37,117 nt of DNA from Bradyrhizobium sp. (lineage in GTDB: Bacteria; Pseudomonadota; Alphaproteobacteria; Rhizobiales; Xanthobacteraceae): the NCBI GenBank assembly GCA_039935515.1, contig JBDTKD010000175.1, positions 1-37,117 of the forward strand, read 5' to 3'. Numbering within the stretch: position 1 is the stretch's first letter; the number at the start of each line of letters is the position of its first letter. The notes beneath the pieces are model-generated. The model worked only from the letters and a program-made list of their open reading frames with translations, searched no databases and had not been told where the DNA came from. Positions 17,817 through 26,620 of the stretch are shown one piece after another. The translations under genes were made by a program, and so were the position numbers.

Positions 17817-18631
17817 CGCCCCGCCAGTTCCAGCAGGCGCGACACCATCGGCGAACCTGGGTCGGCCAGCGGCGCCACCGCGGTGAAATGGTTCGCGTCG
17901 GGGATGACGCCGAACCTGGTCGCGGTGCCGGCCGAGCCCCAGCGCTCGACGATGGTCCGGCTTTGCCGGAAATATTCCGCACTTTCATGCGCGCCGACCA
18001 CCGCATCCAGGCTGCCGCGCGATGGCGGCTGCCAGAACAGTGGACTGGCGGCCTTGGAGGCGGCGTGATCGAGTTGCAGCGCCGTGTTGATGGAAGTGTC
18101 CACCAGCGGTCCAAGCTCGAACAGGCCGGAGATGGCGTAGGCCGCAACGACGAGGTCGCGCGGCAACGCCGGATCGAACGACGCCCAATCGGTTGCGATC
18201 AGACAGGCCGCAAGATGACCGCCCGCGGAATGGCCGCTGACGACGAGAGGCTGCCGAAACCGCGCCAGCTCACGCGCCGCCATCCGCATCTGCTCGATGA
18301 TCTGATCGACGCTGACGGCAGGACAAAGGTCGTAGCTTGGAATGGCGACACTGATCCCATGGGCATTCAACCCCGCGGCCAGATGGCTGAAGAAGGAACC
18401 GTCCAGCGCCTGCCAATAGCCGCCGTGAATGAACACCACCGTGGGACCGTCGCGGTCGCCGGCAAAGAAGTCGATCCGGTTGCGCGCGCCCGGTCCGTAG
18501 GGAATCGAACGCGGCGAGTGGCGCTCGCGATAGGCCGCCGCATCTTTGGCCCAACCGGCGATCAGCGCAGGATTCTCCGGAACCCGCGCCCGGTTGTTGT
18601 ATTCGACCTCATAGTCGATGTCCGCGCCCAA
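17813..18631 (-). CDS. Alpha/beta hydrolase, arylformamidase (kynurenine formamidase Afmid-type)
   Basis: EYNNRARVP N-terminus, FIHGGYWQ, GHSAGGHL nucleophile elbow, ISGLFEL, NHF. TTG start just after the MarR stop. Confidence 0.85.
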   Translation of the reverse strand: MGADIDYEVEYNNRARVPENPALIAGWAKDAAAYRERHSPRSIPYGPGARNRIDFFAGDRDGPTVVFIHGGYWQALDGSFFSHLAAGLNAHGISVAIPSYDLCPAVSVDQIIEQMRMAARELARFRQPLVVSGHSAGGHLAACLIATDWASFDPALPRDLVVAAYAISGLFELGPLVDTSINTALQLDHAASKAASPLFWQPPSRGSLDAVVGAHESAEYFRQSRTIVERWGSAGTATRFGVIPDANHFTAVAPLADPGSPMVSRLLELAGR

Positions 18632-18634
18632 GGC

Positions 18635-19129
18635 CTATACGGCTCTGGCTTGAGCGGATTTCTGGGCCGAGGCCTTGGTCTTCGCCAAAAGGCGCATCAA
18701 TTCGCGGACATCCTTCTCGCCGAGATCCGAAAAGATGTTGGCGATCCAGGTCTCATGCTCCGCGGCCATCTTGCGGAACTCGGCACGGCCGGCCTTGGTC
18801 AGGCGTATCACCTGCACGCGCCGGTCGGAGTCCGAGGTGCGGCGATCGAGATGGCCGGATTCGACCAGGCGCTCGACCAATCCGGTGACATTGCCATTCG
18901 AGACCATCATCCGCTTCGAGACGTCCGACAGGGTCATCCCTTCCGGCGCCTTGTCGAGCTGGGCCATCAGATCGAAGCGCGGCAGCGTGACGTCAAACCG
19001 CTCCCGCAGCCGGCTGCGCACTTCGCCCTCGATCAGGGTCGTACAGGTCAGCAGGCGGAGCCACAATCTGAGCTTGTCGCCATGCTCGTGCGGAAGCTCG
19101 ACGGCCTTGGTTTCGGAATCGAGGATCAT
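18635..19129 (-). CDS. MarR-family transcriptional regulator
   Basis: LRLWLRLL..TLPRFDLMAQL..SNGNVTGLVERL..DRR winged helix. 164 aa. Confidence 0.92.
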   Translation of the reverse strand: MILDSETKAVELPHEHGDKLRLWLRLLTCTTLIEGEVRSRLRERFDVTLPRFDLMAQLDKAPEGMTLSDVSKRMMVSNGNVTGLVERLVESGHLDRRTSDSDRRVQVIRLTKAGRAEFRKMAAEHETWIANIFSDLGEKDVRELMRLLAKTKASAQKSAQARAV

Positions 19130-19241
19130 GCTGCAACCACGCCGGTCGGATTTCGCCCTGTGATATCAACTTCAAATAATTCAGCGCAGGCTGCAAGTCA
19201 AAACGCCGCCGGCACATGCTTTTGCGGCTTTTTCAGATTTC

Positions 19242-19253
19242 TTTAGGTTTCAA
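19242..19253. promoter_or_regulatory. Candidate MarR operator, site 2 (TTTA-GGTT-TCAA)
   Basis: In the divergent marR/SBP intergenic region, matches the five-site motif. Confidence 0.55.
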
Positions 19254-19258
19254 GCAAC

Positions 19259-19274
19259 TGGCGCGCAGCTTGCA
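19259..19274 (+). promoter_or_regulatory. Candidate sigma54 (-24/-12) promoter for the SBP-cupin operon
   Basis: TGGCGCGCAGCTTGCA has GG-N10-GC spacing and one mismatch to TGGCACG-N4-TTGCW. About 130 bp upstream of the ATG. Confidence 0.55.
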
Positions 19275-19406
19275 TGCTCGTTGGCCAATCGCGTAGGCCT
19301 GCCGGGAGTTCGCTTGCGGCAGGCGCAGACATCGGAATAAGCTGGCCTCGGACGCTTGGGTTGACGTATCGCGGCCTTGCAAAGCCGCCGATCAGATGGG
19401 GCAATC

Positions 19407-20582
19407 ATGAAACAGCAGTTGCAGTTGGCCGGGCTCGCGGTTTTGCTGAGCGTTGCAGCCATTCCTGCGCTCGCGCAGGAGAAACTCAAGATCGGCGTGA
19501 TAGTGACCTTGTCCGGTCCGGCGGCGGTGCTGGGCCAGCAGGCGCGCGACGGCTTTGCACTCGCAGTCCGGGATCTCGGCGGCAAGATGGGTAACCGCGA
19601 GGTCGAGGTCGTGGTGGTCGACGACGAACTCAAGCCCGACGCCGCGGTGACCAAGGTCAGGGGACTGCTCGAACGCGACAAGGTCGATTTCGTGGTGGGG
19701 CCGATTTTCTCCAACATCCTTCAGGCCATCCATAAGCCGGTGGTGGACTCCAGCACCTTTCTCATCAGTCCCAATGCCGGCCCGTCGAGCTATGCCGGCA
19801 AGGAATGCAGCCCCTTTTTCTATGTGACCTCCTACCAGAATGATCAGGTCTTTGAGGTGCTGGGCAAGGTCGCCCAGGATCGCGGCTACAAGCGGGTCTA
19901 TGTGATGGTTCCGAACTACCAGGCCGGCAAGGATGCTGCCGCCGGATTCAAGCTCGACTACAAGGGCGAAATTGTCGAGGAGAGCTACATCCCGCTGGGG
20001 ACGCTGGATTTCCAGGTGGAGCTTTCCAAGATCGCCTCGCTGAAGCCGGATGCCATATTCACCTTCATGCCGGGCGGCATGGGCGTGAGCCTGGTGAAGC
20101 AGTACAAGCAGGCCGGCCTCGCCGACCGCATTCCGTTCCTTTCCGCCTTCACGGTCGACGAATCGACGCTGCCGGCGCAGCAGGACGCGGCGGTCGGCAT
20201 GTTCGGCGGCGCGGACTGGGCCCCCGATCTCGACAATCCGCAGAACAAGAAATTCGTCGCCAGCTATGAGGCCGCCTACCACAGCGTGCCGGCCACCTAC
20301 GCCTTCCAGGCCTATGACGCGGCGATGCTGATCGACAGCGCCGTCAAGGCGGTGAAAGGCGACCTCAGCAACAAGGAGGCGGTGGCGGCGGCGCTGAAAA
20401 AGGCTGACTTCACCTCGCTGCGCGGCGGTTTCAAATTCAACACCAACGGCTATCCAATCCAGGATTTCTACCTGACCAAGGTCGCGAAACGTCCCGACGG
20501 CAAGTTCCAGACCGAGATCGTGCAGAAGGTGTTCGAGAACTACGGCGACCGCTACGCCAAGGATTGCGTGGCGGCCAAGTGA
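19407..20582 (+). CDS. Liv-type ABC substrate-binding protein for aromatic acids (no adjacent permease)
   Basis: Signal peptide, LKIGVIVTLSG, VDDELKPD, PNYQAGKD. 391 aa. Confidence 0.9.
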   Translation: MKQQLQLAGLAVLLSVAAIPALAQEKLKIGVIVTLSGPAAVLGQQARDGFALAVRDLGGKMGNREVEVVVVDDELKPDAAVTKVRGLLERDKVDFVVGPIFSNILQAIHKPVVDSSTFLISPNAGPSSYAGKECSPFFYVTSYQNDQVFEVLGKVAQDRGYKRVYVMVPNYQAGKDAAAGFKLDYKGEIVEESYIPLGTLDFQVELSKIASLKPDAIFTFMPGGMGVSLVKQYKQAGLADRIPFLSAFTVDESTLPAQQDAAVGMFGGADWAPDLDNPQNKKFVASYEAAYHSVPATYAFQAYDAAMLIDSAVKAVKGDLSNKEAVAAALKKADFTSLRGGFKFNTNGYPIQDFYLTKVAKRPDGKFQTEIVQKVFENYGDRYAKDCVAAK

Positions 20583-20595
20583 GGAAAGCAGAACC

Positions 20596-21051
20596 ATGAA
20601 AACCGAAATCACCGGCATCACCCGTGCCAATGAGGGCATGCAGGGCATTTCCTGGAACATTCTCGGCCAGACCTATGTGCCAAAAAGCTGCACCGAGCAT
20701 TCCTTCTCCTGGCATGCGATGCTGCCGCCCGGCACCTTCGTGCCGCCACATATTCATCCGGACCAGGACGAATATCTGTACATGCTGGAAGGCAATCTCG
20801 ATTTCATGCTGGCCGGCGCCGACGCCCAGGCGACGCCGGGCGACCTGATCCGCCTCGGCATGGGCGTTCCTCACGGCATCTTCAACAAATCCGACCAGAC
20901 CGCGAAAGTGCTGTTCTGGGTGTCACCGAGCCGAAGACTGTACGATCTGTTCTGGGGCCTCCACAACATGAAGGAGCAGAAGCCCGAGGACGTCGTCGCC
21001 ATGGCCGCCGAATACAACATCCATTTCCTGCCGCCGCCTTCGGGCGCGTAG
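20596..21051 (+). CDS. Cupin-domain protein (quercetinase-like 3His-1Glu motif), paralog 1
   Basis: RBS GAGGA. PPHIHPDQDE..LEG and GVPHG motifs. 151 aa. Confidence 0.88.
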   Translation: MKTEITGITRANEGMQGISWNILGQTYVPKSCTEHSFSWHAMLPPGTFVPPHIHPDQDEYLYMLEGNLDFMLAGADAQATPGDLIRLGMGVPHGIFNKSDQTAKVLFWVSPSRRLYDLFWGLHNMKEQKPEDVVAMAAEYNIHFLPPPSGA

Positions 21052-21054
21052 GCC

Positions 21055-21150
21055 CGTGGCCTCGTGGTTCGAGACGCGCGGCTGTGCCGCGCTCCTCACC
21101 ATGAGGGGTAATACCTCGCCCTGAGGACGCAAGAGGCGTCGTCTCGAAGC
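21055..21150. repeat. REP-like family A doublet, left flank of the GIY-YIG gene
   Basis: Full unit 21055-21108 and degenerate facing unit cctcgccctgaggacgc..gtctcgaag at 21114-21149. Confidence 0.88.
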
Positions 21151-21172
21151 AATCTACTGGCGACTATGCAAG

Positions 21173-21469
21173 TCAATGTGACGACCTGCGCCTGGCAAGT
21201 CGTTGTAGCAAGGCGAACTCCCCGCGAATGAAAGCTTGCTTCTTGGCCCGGCTCCATCCCTTGAGTTGCCGTTCGGCTTCAATGGCATCCGCGATACGAT
21301 CAAACCACTCCGAAAACACCAATTCGACCGGCCGTCGGGACTCGGTGTAGCCCGGAAATGTTCCCGCGTTGTGCTGGTGAATTCTCGTCTCGAGGCTCGA
21401 ACGGGTGGTGCCGATGTAGAAGCTGCCGTCGCGGCATTTGACAATGTAGAGATAAGCTCCATCCGTCAT
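21173..21469 (-). CDS. Stand-alone GIY-YIG nuclease (UPF0213/YhbQ-like)
   Basis: MTDGAYLYIVKCRDGSFYIGTT..RIHQHN..YT..RRPVELVFSE..AERQLKGWSRAKK. Both Tyr motifs, the Arg and the metal-binding Glu are present. 98 aa. Confidence 0.92.
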   Translation of the reverse strand: MTDGAYLYIVKCRDGSFYIGTTRSSLETRIHQHNAGTFPGYTESRRPVELVFSEWFDRIADAIEAERQLKGWSRAKKQAFIRGEFALLQRLARRRSSH

Positions 21470-21476
21470 ATGGCTC

Positions 21477-21562
21477 GGCCCATCCTTCGAAGATTGGCAA
21501 AAAGATTCCAACCCCTCATGGTGAGGAGCGCGGCAACGCCGCGCGTCTCGAACCACGAGGCC
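21477..21562. repeat. REP-like family A doublet, right flank of the GIY-YIG gene
   Basis: Truncated unit ggcccatccttcga (21477-21490) and full unit cccctcatggtgaggagcgcggcaacgccgcgcgtctcgaaccacgaggcc (21512-21562). Confidence 0.88.
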
Positions 21563-21583
21563 CCCCAACGACCATCGCCGCCT

Positions 21584-22834
21584 TTACGCCCGCACCGCGG
21601 CGAGGCCGGGTATGGCGGCGAAGCCGGCCTTGCTGGCGTAGCCGCGCACGATGGCCTCGCGCTGGGAATAGCTCAGCACACGCTCGACATTGTCGAAGCC
21701 GTCGGGCGCAAGCTGCTCGACCGCGTCGATGACGCCTTCGGGTCCGCCGCGCCGGTTGGAGCGCACGATCTCCGCCGTCATCGGCAACCGCTTCTGCTCA
21801 TAGACCATCAGCGCCTGGCGCGGATGCTCGGAGCCTGCCAGCGCATCGGCGAGGCATCGCGCGTCGAGGATAGCCTGCGAGGCGCCGTTCGATCCCACCG
21901 GATACATCGGATGCGCGGCATCGCCGAGCAGCGTCACCCGGCCACAGGACCAAAAGGGCAAGGGATCGCGGTCGCAGGTCGGATATTCGTAGAACTCAGA
22001 CGTTGCCGAGATCAGGCCGGGCACGTCGACATGGGGCACCGAGAACCGCGCCACGTGCGGCATCAATTCCTCGCGCTTGCCGGGCCGCGACCAATCCTCG
22101 CGACGGGGCGGCGGCGCATTGCCGTCGCCGACCTTCACCAGCACCGCCCAGTTGGTGAGACGGCTGGCCGGTGACGATCCCTCGGCAATCGGATAGACCA
22201 CGACCTTGGCATGCAGGCCGCCGGCAACGATCATCGAGCGGCCGCTCAGAAATACCGGCCAGTCACGCGCGCCGCGCCACAGCATCAGCCCGTTCCAGCA
22301 CGGCGGCCCTTCATCCGGAAACAGGGTTTCGCGGACGCGGGAATGAATGCCGTCGGCGCCGATCAGGATATCGCCGCGCACAGTGCTGGCGTGGGCGCCG
22401 GAGCGATCGAAGAAATACGCCGTGACGCCGCCTTCGTCCTGGGTGAAGGCGCCGAGCCGGCAGCCGGTGTGGACAGCCGCTTGCCCGAGCCGCTCCTCCA
22501 CGGCGCGGTGGATCACGCTCTGCAACCGGCCGCGGTGAATCGAGAATTGCGGCACGTCGTGACCGGCGTCGATGCCGCGGGATTCGCGCCAGACCTCCTG
22601 GCCGTGACGATTGAGATAATAGAGGACGTCGGTACGGATCGCGGCGTCGTCGAGCTTCTGCAGCAGCCCGAGGCCGGCGAGTTCGCGGATCGCATGCGGA
22701 AGCGTATTGATGCCGACGCCGAGCTCGCGGATGGTGTCCGACTGCTCGAACAGCTCGCAGCCGATGCCGCGCGCCCGCAGCATCAGCGCAGTGGTAAGGC
22801 CGCCAATTCCGCCCCCGACGATAATCGCTTTCAT
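21584..22834 (-). CDS. Group A flavin-dependent monooxygenase (PhzS/salicylate hydroxylase-like)
   Basis: GGGIGG FAD motif, LGVGIN, IHRG, GADGIHSRVR (DG motif), LLGDAAHPMYPVGSNGASQAI (GD motif). RBS GGAG. Confidence 0.9.
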   Translation of the reverse strand: MKAIIVGGGIGGLTTALMLRARGIGCELFEQSDTIRELGVGINTLPHAIRELAGLGLLQKLDDAAIRTDVLYYLNRHGQEVWRESRGIDAGHDVPQFSIHRGRLQSVIHRAVEERLGQAAVHTGCRLGAFTQDEGGVTAYFFDRSGAHASTVRGDILIGADGIHSRVRETLFPDEGPPCWNGLMLWRGARDWPVFLSGRSMIVAGGLHAKVVVYPIAEGSSPASRLTNWAVLVKVGDGNAPPPRREDWSRPGKREELMPHVARFSVPHVDVPGLISATSEFYEYPTCDRDPLPFWSCGRVTLLGDAAHPMYPVGSNGASQAILDARCLADALAGSEHPRQALMVYEQKRLPMTAEIVRSNRRGGPEGVIDAVEQLAPDGFDNVERVLSYSQREAIVRGYASKAGFAAIPGLAAVRA

Positions 22835-22866
22835 CGCCTACTCCACGCAACCCGTAACGCCAGCCG

Positions 22867-23080
22867 GTGGCGCATCCTTCGAGACGCGGCCAAGTGGCCG
22901 CTCCTCAGGATGAGGTAACTTAGACCCTCATGGTGAGGAGCGCGGCAACGCCGTGCGTCTCGAACCACGAGGCCACCCGTGGCTTCATCCTTCGAGACGC
23001 GCTCCTCTCTGGATGAGGTCTCCTAAACCCTCATGGTGAGGAGCGCGGCAACGCCGCGCGTCTCGAACCACGAGGCCACG
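22867..23080. repeat. REP-like family A array of four alternating units (BIME-like)
   Basis: Units at about 22873-22915, 22926-22976, 22978-23018 and 23029-23080, between co-directional genes. Confidence 0.92.
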
Positions 23081-23134
23081 GGACATGCCTCAAACTTAAC
23101 CCAGCTGCAATACGTTCCAGCGTCGCATAGTCGG

Positions 23135-25486
23135 TCACTCGGCTGCAAGCGGCTTTGTCGCCTCGGACTTCAGCTCGGCCCGGGTCTTTGGCTTGGCCTT
23201 GATCTTCAGATCGTCGAGATCCTGCCGGTCGCGGACGCTGTTGCGGAAAATCTGCTCCTTGCCCGGCAGATATTGCGGCGGGCACGCCACGTCGGATGCG
23301 CCATACCAGGCCGCTGCCTTCAGCGTGAACGATGGATCGACCAGATGGGGGCGGCCGAGCGCCACCAGGTCGGCGCGTCCGGCGGCGAGAATGGTATTGA
23401 CCTGGTCTGACGTGGTGATGTTGCCGACGCACATGGTCGCCACCCTGGCCTCGTTGCGGACTTGCTCCGAAAATGGCGTCTGGAACATCCGCCCATAGAC
23501 CGGCTGGGCGTCACGCACGGTCTGGCCGGTCGAGACATCCACCAGGTCGACGCCGGCCTGCGCAAAGGCGCGCGCGATCTCGACGGCGTCGTCGCCGGTG
23601 ACGCCGCCCTCGGCCCAGTCGGTGGCGGAGATGCGGACCGACATCGGCTTGTGAGCCGGCCATACCTCGCGCAGCGCCTCGAATACTTCCAGCGGAAAGC
23701 GCAGCCGGTTCTCAAGCGGGCCACCATAAGCATCAAGGCGCTGATTGGTCAGCGGCGAGATAAAGCTTGCGAGCAGGTAGCCGTGGGCGCAATGCAGCTC
23801 CAACATGTCGAAGCCGCAGCGCTCGCCGCGCTGCGCGGCGGCGACAAACGCGGCCTTGACCGCATCCATCGCGGCGCGGTCCATCTCGCGTGGTACCTGG
23901 CTGTCGGGAAAATACGGGATCGGCGAGGCCGACACCACGTCCCAGCCGCCCTCGTCCAGCGGACGATCCATCCCATCCCACATCAATTTGGTGGCACCCT
24001 TGCGCCCGGCATGCCCGAGCTGCAGGCCGATCTTCGCCGCCGAATTGGCGTGAACGAAATCCACGATGCGCCGCCACGCCGCTTCCTGCGCGTCGTTCCA
24101 GAGTCCGGCACAGCCCGGCGTGATACGGGCGTCGCGGGAAACGCAGGTCATTTCGGTGAAGATCAGGCCGGCGCCGCCCACGGCGCGCGAGCCATAATGC
24201 ACCAGATGGAAGTCGCCCGGCACGCCTTCCTCTGCCGAATACATGCACATCGGCGACACCACCGCACGGTTCGCGAGCGTCATCTCGCGCAGCCGCAGCG
24301 GCTGGAACATCGGCGGCAGCGGCTTCTCGGCGTCGACTTCAAGTCCCCGGCTGCGGACCTGGCGCGCGAACGCCTTGTCGACCTCGGCAACGAAGTCCGG
24401 CGCCCGCAGCATCAGATTGTCGTAGGTGATCGCCTTGGCCCGGGTCATGACCCCGAACGCGAATTGCACGGGATCGAAGTCCCAGAAGCGATCGACGTGC
24501 TCGAACCAGACCAGCGAAACGTCGGCGGCGTGCTGGGTCTTCTCGACCTCCTCGCGGCGCCCCTCCTCGTATTGCTGCAAGGCGGCCTCGACGGTCGGCG
24601 CGCGATGCATGGCGTCGGCAAGCGCAATCGCATCTTCCATCGCAAGCTTGGTGCCGGAGCCGATCGAGAAATGCGCGGTCGCCTTGGCATCGCCCAGCAG
24701 CACCATGTTGTCCTTGACCCATCTTTTGCTGCGGATCATCGGAAAATTGCGCCACATCGAACGGTTGGTCAGCAGCGGGTGGCCTTCGAGGAACCAGCCG
24801 AAAATCCTGGCCATTCGATCGGCCGATTGCTTCTCGCTCAGGCCCTTGAGGCCGGCGCGCTCGAAGGTGCTCGGGTCGGTCTCGAAGATCCAGGTCGAGC
24901 GTCCGACTTCGTACTGGTAGGCATGGGCGATGAACGGCCCCCACTCGGTCTCCTGGAAAATGAAGGTAAAGGCGTCGAGCGGCCGGGTCGAGCCCATCCA
25001 GGCGAACATGTTGGAGCGAACATCCACTTCGGGCTCGAAGTGCTCGACATATTTGTCGCGGAACCGGCTGTTGATACCGTCGGCCAGCACCACCAGATCG
25101 GCGTCGGCGAAGCGGGCTTCGTCGTCGATGTCGGCCTGAAACATCAGGGCCACGCCGAGCTCACGCGCGCGCTCCTGCAGGATCAGGAGCAGCTTGCGGC
25201 GCGAGCAGCCGCAGAAGCCGTTGCCGCCGACCCGGTGCACCGTGCCGCGGAAATGCACCGCGATATCGTCCCAATAGGCAAATTCCTGGGTGATGCGGCG
25301 ATAGCTCGGCGAATCGTATTTCTCGAAATTGTCCAGCGTGGCGTCGGAAAACACCACCCCGAAGCCGAAGGTGTCGTCGGCGCGGTTGCGCTCGTAGACC
25401 GTGATCTCGGCCTCCGGCCGCTGCTTCCTGAGCAGGATCGCGGCGTACAGACCGGCCGGCCCGCCACCGATGATCGCGATCTTCAT
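23135..25486 (-). CDS. abmA: Bifunctional anthraniloyl-CoA monooxygenase/reductase or salicylyl-CoA 5-hydroxylase (FAD monooxygenase fused to an Old Yellow Enzyme domain)
   Basis: [38 protein letters not shown], then OYE motifs [27 protein letters not shown]. 783 aa. Substrate (anthraniloyl- versus salicylyl-CoA) cannot be resolved from motifs. Confidence 0.88.
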   Translation of the reverse strand: MKIAIIGGGPAGLYAAILLRKQRPEAEITVYERNRADDTFGFGVVFSDATLDNFEKYDSPSYRRITQEFAYWDDIAVHFRGTVHRVGGNGFCGCSRRKLLLILQERARELGVALMFQADIDDEARFADADLVVLADGINSRFRDKYVEHFEPEVDVRSNMFAWMGSTRPLDAFTFIFQETEWGPFIAHAYQYEVGRSTWIFETDPSTFERAGLKGLSEKQSADRMARIFGWFLEGHPLLTNRSMWRNFPMIRSKRWVKDNMVLLGDAKATAHFSIGSGTKLAMEDAIALADAMHRAPTVEAALQQYEEGRREEVEKTQHAADVSLVWFEHVDRFWDFDPVQFAFGVMTRAKAITYDNLMLRAPDFVAEVDKAFARQVRSRGLEVDAEKPLPPMFQPLRLREMTLANRAVVSPMCMYSAEEGVPGDFHLVHYGSRAVGGAGLIFTEMTCVSRDARITPGCAGLWNDAQEAAWRRIVDFVHANSAAKIGLQLGHAGRKGATKLMWDGMDRPLDEGGWDVVSASPIPYFPDSQVPREMDRAAMDAVKAAFVAAAQRGERCGFDMLELHCAHGYLLASFISPLTNQRLDAYGGPLENRLRFPLEVFEALREVWPAHKPMSVRISATDWAEGGVTGDDAVEIARAFAQAGVDLVDVSTGQTVRDAQPVYGRMFQTPFSEQVRNEARVATMCVGNITTSDQVNTILAAGRADLVALGRPHLVDPSFTLKAAAWYGASDVACPPQYLPGKEQIFRNSVRDRQDLDDLKIKAKPKTRAELKSEATKPLAAE

Positions 25487-25520
25487 GAGAGCCTCCGGCT
25501 ATGCCAACCCCTCAAATTAC

Positions 25521-25532
25521 TTTAAACCTAAA
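25521..25532. promoter_or_regulatory. Candidate MarR operator, site 3 (TTTA-AACC-TAAA)
   Basis: aaattac-TTTAAACCTAAA-gcatttt, 35 bp upstream of the abmA-like start. Confidence 0.6.
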
Positions 25533-25561
25533 GCATTTTCCCGACAAGCCCGTCTCCAGCG

Positions 25562-25646
25562 GTAGCCCGGATGGAGCGAAGCGCAATCCGGGATTCCCGA
25601 GGCAGTCTATGGGACCCCGGGTTTCGCTGCGCTTCACCCGGGCTAC
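25562..25646. repeat. GTAG-type REP inverted doublet
   Basis: GTAGcccggatggagcgaagcgcaatccggga (25562-25593) and ccccgggtttcgctgcgcttcacccgggCTAC (25615-25646). Confidence 0.85.
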
Positions 25647-25659
25647 GTTTCGTCACGAG

Positions 25660-26496
25660 TCAATTGCCCTGAAAGGCCGGCTTCACTTTATTCGAAAACG
25701 CTTCAAATGCGCGGGCGAAATCGGCGGTCGTCATGCACAAGGCCTGGGCGACCGCCTCGGCCTCGATCGCCTCCTCCACCGACATCGCCCATTCCATCGC
25801 CAGCATACGCTTGGTCATGGTATTGGCGAAGGTCGGCCCTTCGGCAATCTGCCTGGCGAGATGCTGCGCCTGCGTCAGCACATGCTCGGGCGCCACGATG
25901 CGGCCAAAGAACCCCCAGCGCTCGCCCTCCTCCGCGGTCATGAAGCGGCCGGTATAGAGCAGTTCCGAGGCCCGTGACTGCCCGATGATGCGCGGCAGGA
26001 TAGCGCAGGCACCCATGTCACAGCCGGCAAGGCCGACCTTGTTGAACAGGAACGCGACCTTGGTCCCGGTGGCCGCCAGACGCAGATCGCACGCCATCGC
26101 CACGATCGCGCCGGCGCCGGCGCAGATGCCTTCGACCGCGGCAACAATCGGCTGCGGACAGGCGCGCATCGCCTTGACGAGATCGCCGGTCATGCGGGTA
26201 AACCCGGTCAGGCCCTTGGTATCCATCTTCACCAGCGGGCCGATGATCTCGAACACATCGCCGCCCGAGGAGAAATTGCCGCCGGCCCCCGTGACCACGA
26301 TGGTTTTGACCTCGTCATCCATTGCACAGGCCCAGAAGAAATCGGCCAGCTCGCGATAACTCTCGAATGTCAGTGGATTTTTCCGCTCCGGGCGGTTCAG
26401 CGTCACCGTCGCGACGCCATCTCCCACCACCAGCAGAAAGTGCCGGGGCGAATATTCCGCCAATGGCAACGTGACGGGATTTGCCGATCTGGTCAT
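25660..26496 (-). CDS. Enoyl-CoA hydratase/isomerase (crotonase) family protein
   Basis: [25 protein letters not shown] motifs. 278 aa, RBS GGGAG. Confidence 0.9.
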   Translation of the reverse strand: MTRSANPVTLPLAEYSPRHFLLVVGDGVATVTLNRPERKNPLTFESYRELADFFWACAMDDEVKTIVVTGAGGNFSSGGDVFEIIGPLVKMDTKGLTGFTRMTGDLVKAMRACPQPIVAAVEGICAGAGAIVAMACDLRLAATGTKVAFLFNKVGLAGCDMGACAILPRIIGQSRASELLYTGRFMTAEEGERWGFFGRIVAPEHVLTQAQHLARQIAEGPTFANTMTKRMLAMEWAMSVEEAIEAEAVAQALCMTTADFARAFEAFSNKVKPAFQGN

Positions 26497-26515
26497 GGGA
26501 TCTCCCTATTATCGC

Positions 26516-26599
26516 TGTCATTGCGAGGAGCGAAGCGACGAAGCAATCCACGCCTCCGCTTGCCGCGCCATGGATTGCTTCGCTGCGCTCGCAATGACG
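26516..26599. repeat. CGTC-type palindromic REP-like element (gtcattgcgag family)
   Basis: gtcattgcgag..gaagcaatcca..tggattgcttc..ctcgcaatgac nested inverted repeat. Confidence 0.85.
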
Positions 26600-26620
26600 A
26601 TTTCAAACACTGTGCACGGC

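Larger units (their letters stand above)
21055..21562 (-). mobile_element. Candidate REP-flanked GIY-YIG cassette (REPtron-like)
   Basis: 51-bp inverted repeats (21058-21108 and 21512-21562, 49/51 identical) enclose a lone nuclease gene unrelated to the surrounding pathway. No target duplication seen. Mobility is inferred. Confidence 0.45.

Noticed and set aside
21055-21562. Classical IS or MITE interpretation of the GIY-YIG cassette
   Set aside because: No DDE, HUH or serine transposase motifs and no target-site duplication. The inverted repeats are members of a dispersed REP family rather than element-specific ends.
22867-23080. Repeat array as a possible CRISPR
   Set aside because: Units alternate in orientation, spacers are only 1-13 bp, copies are dispersed through the window and there are no cas genes.
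23462-25525. Long antisense or alternative-frame ORFs (also 3056-5002, 463-1743, 17705-19246, 32622-33881, 33980-35098)
   Set aside because: Shadow ORFs typical of high-GC DNA, overlapping well-supported genes and lacking recognisable motifs.
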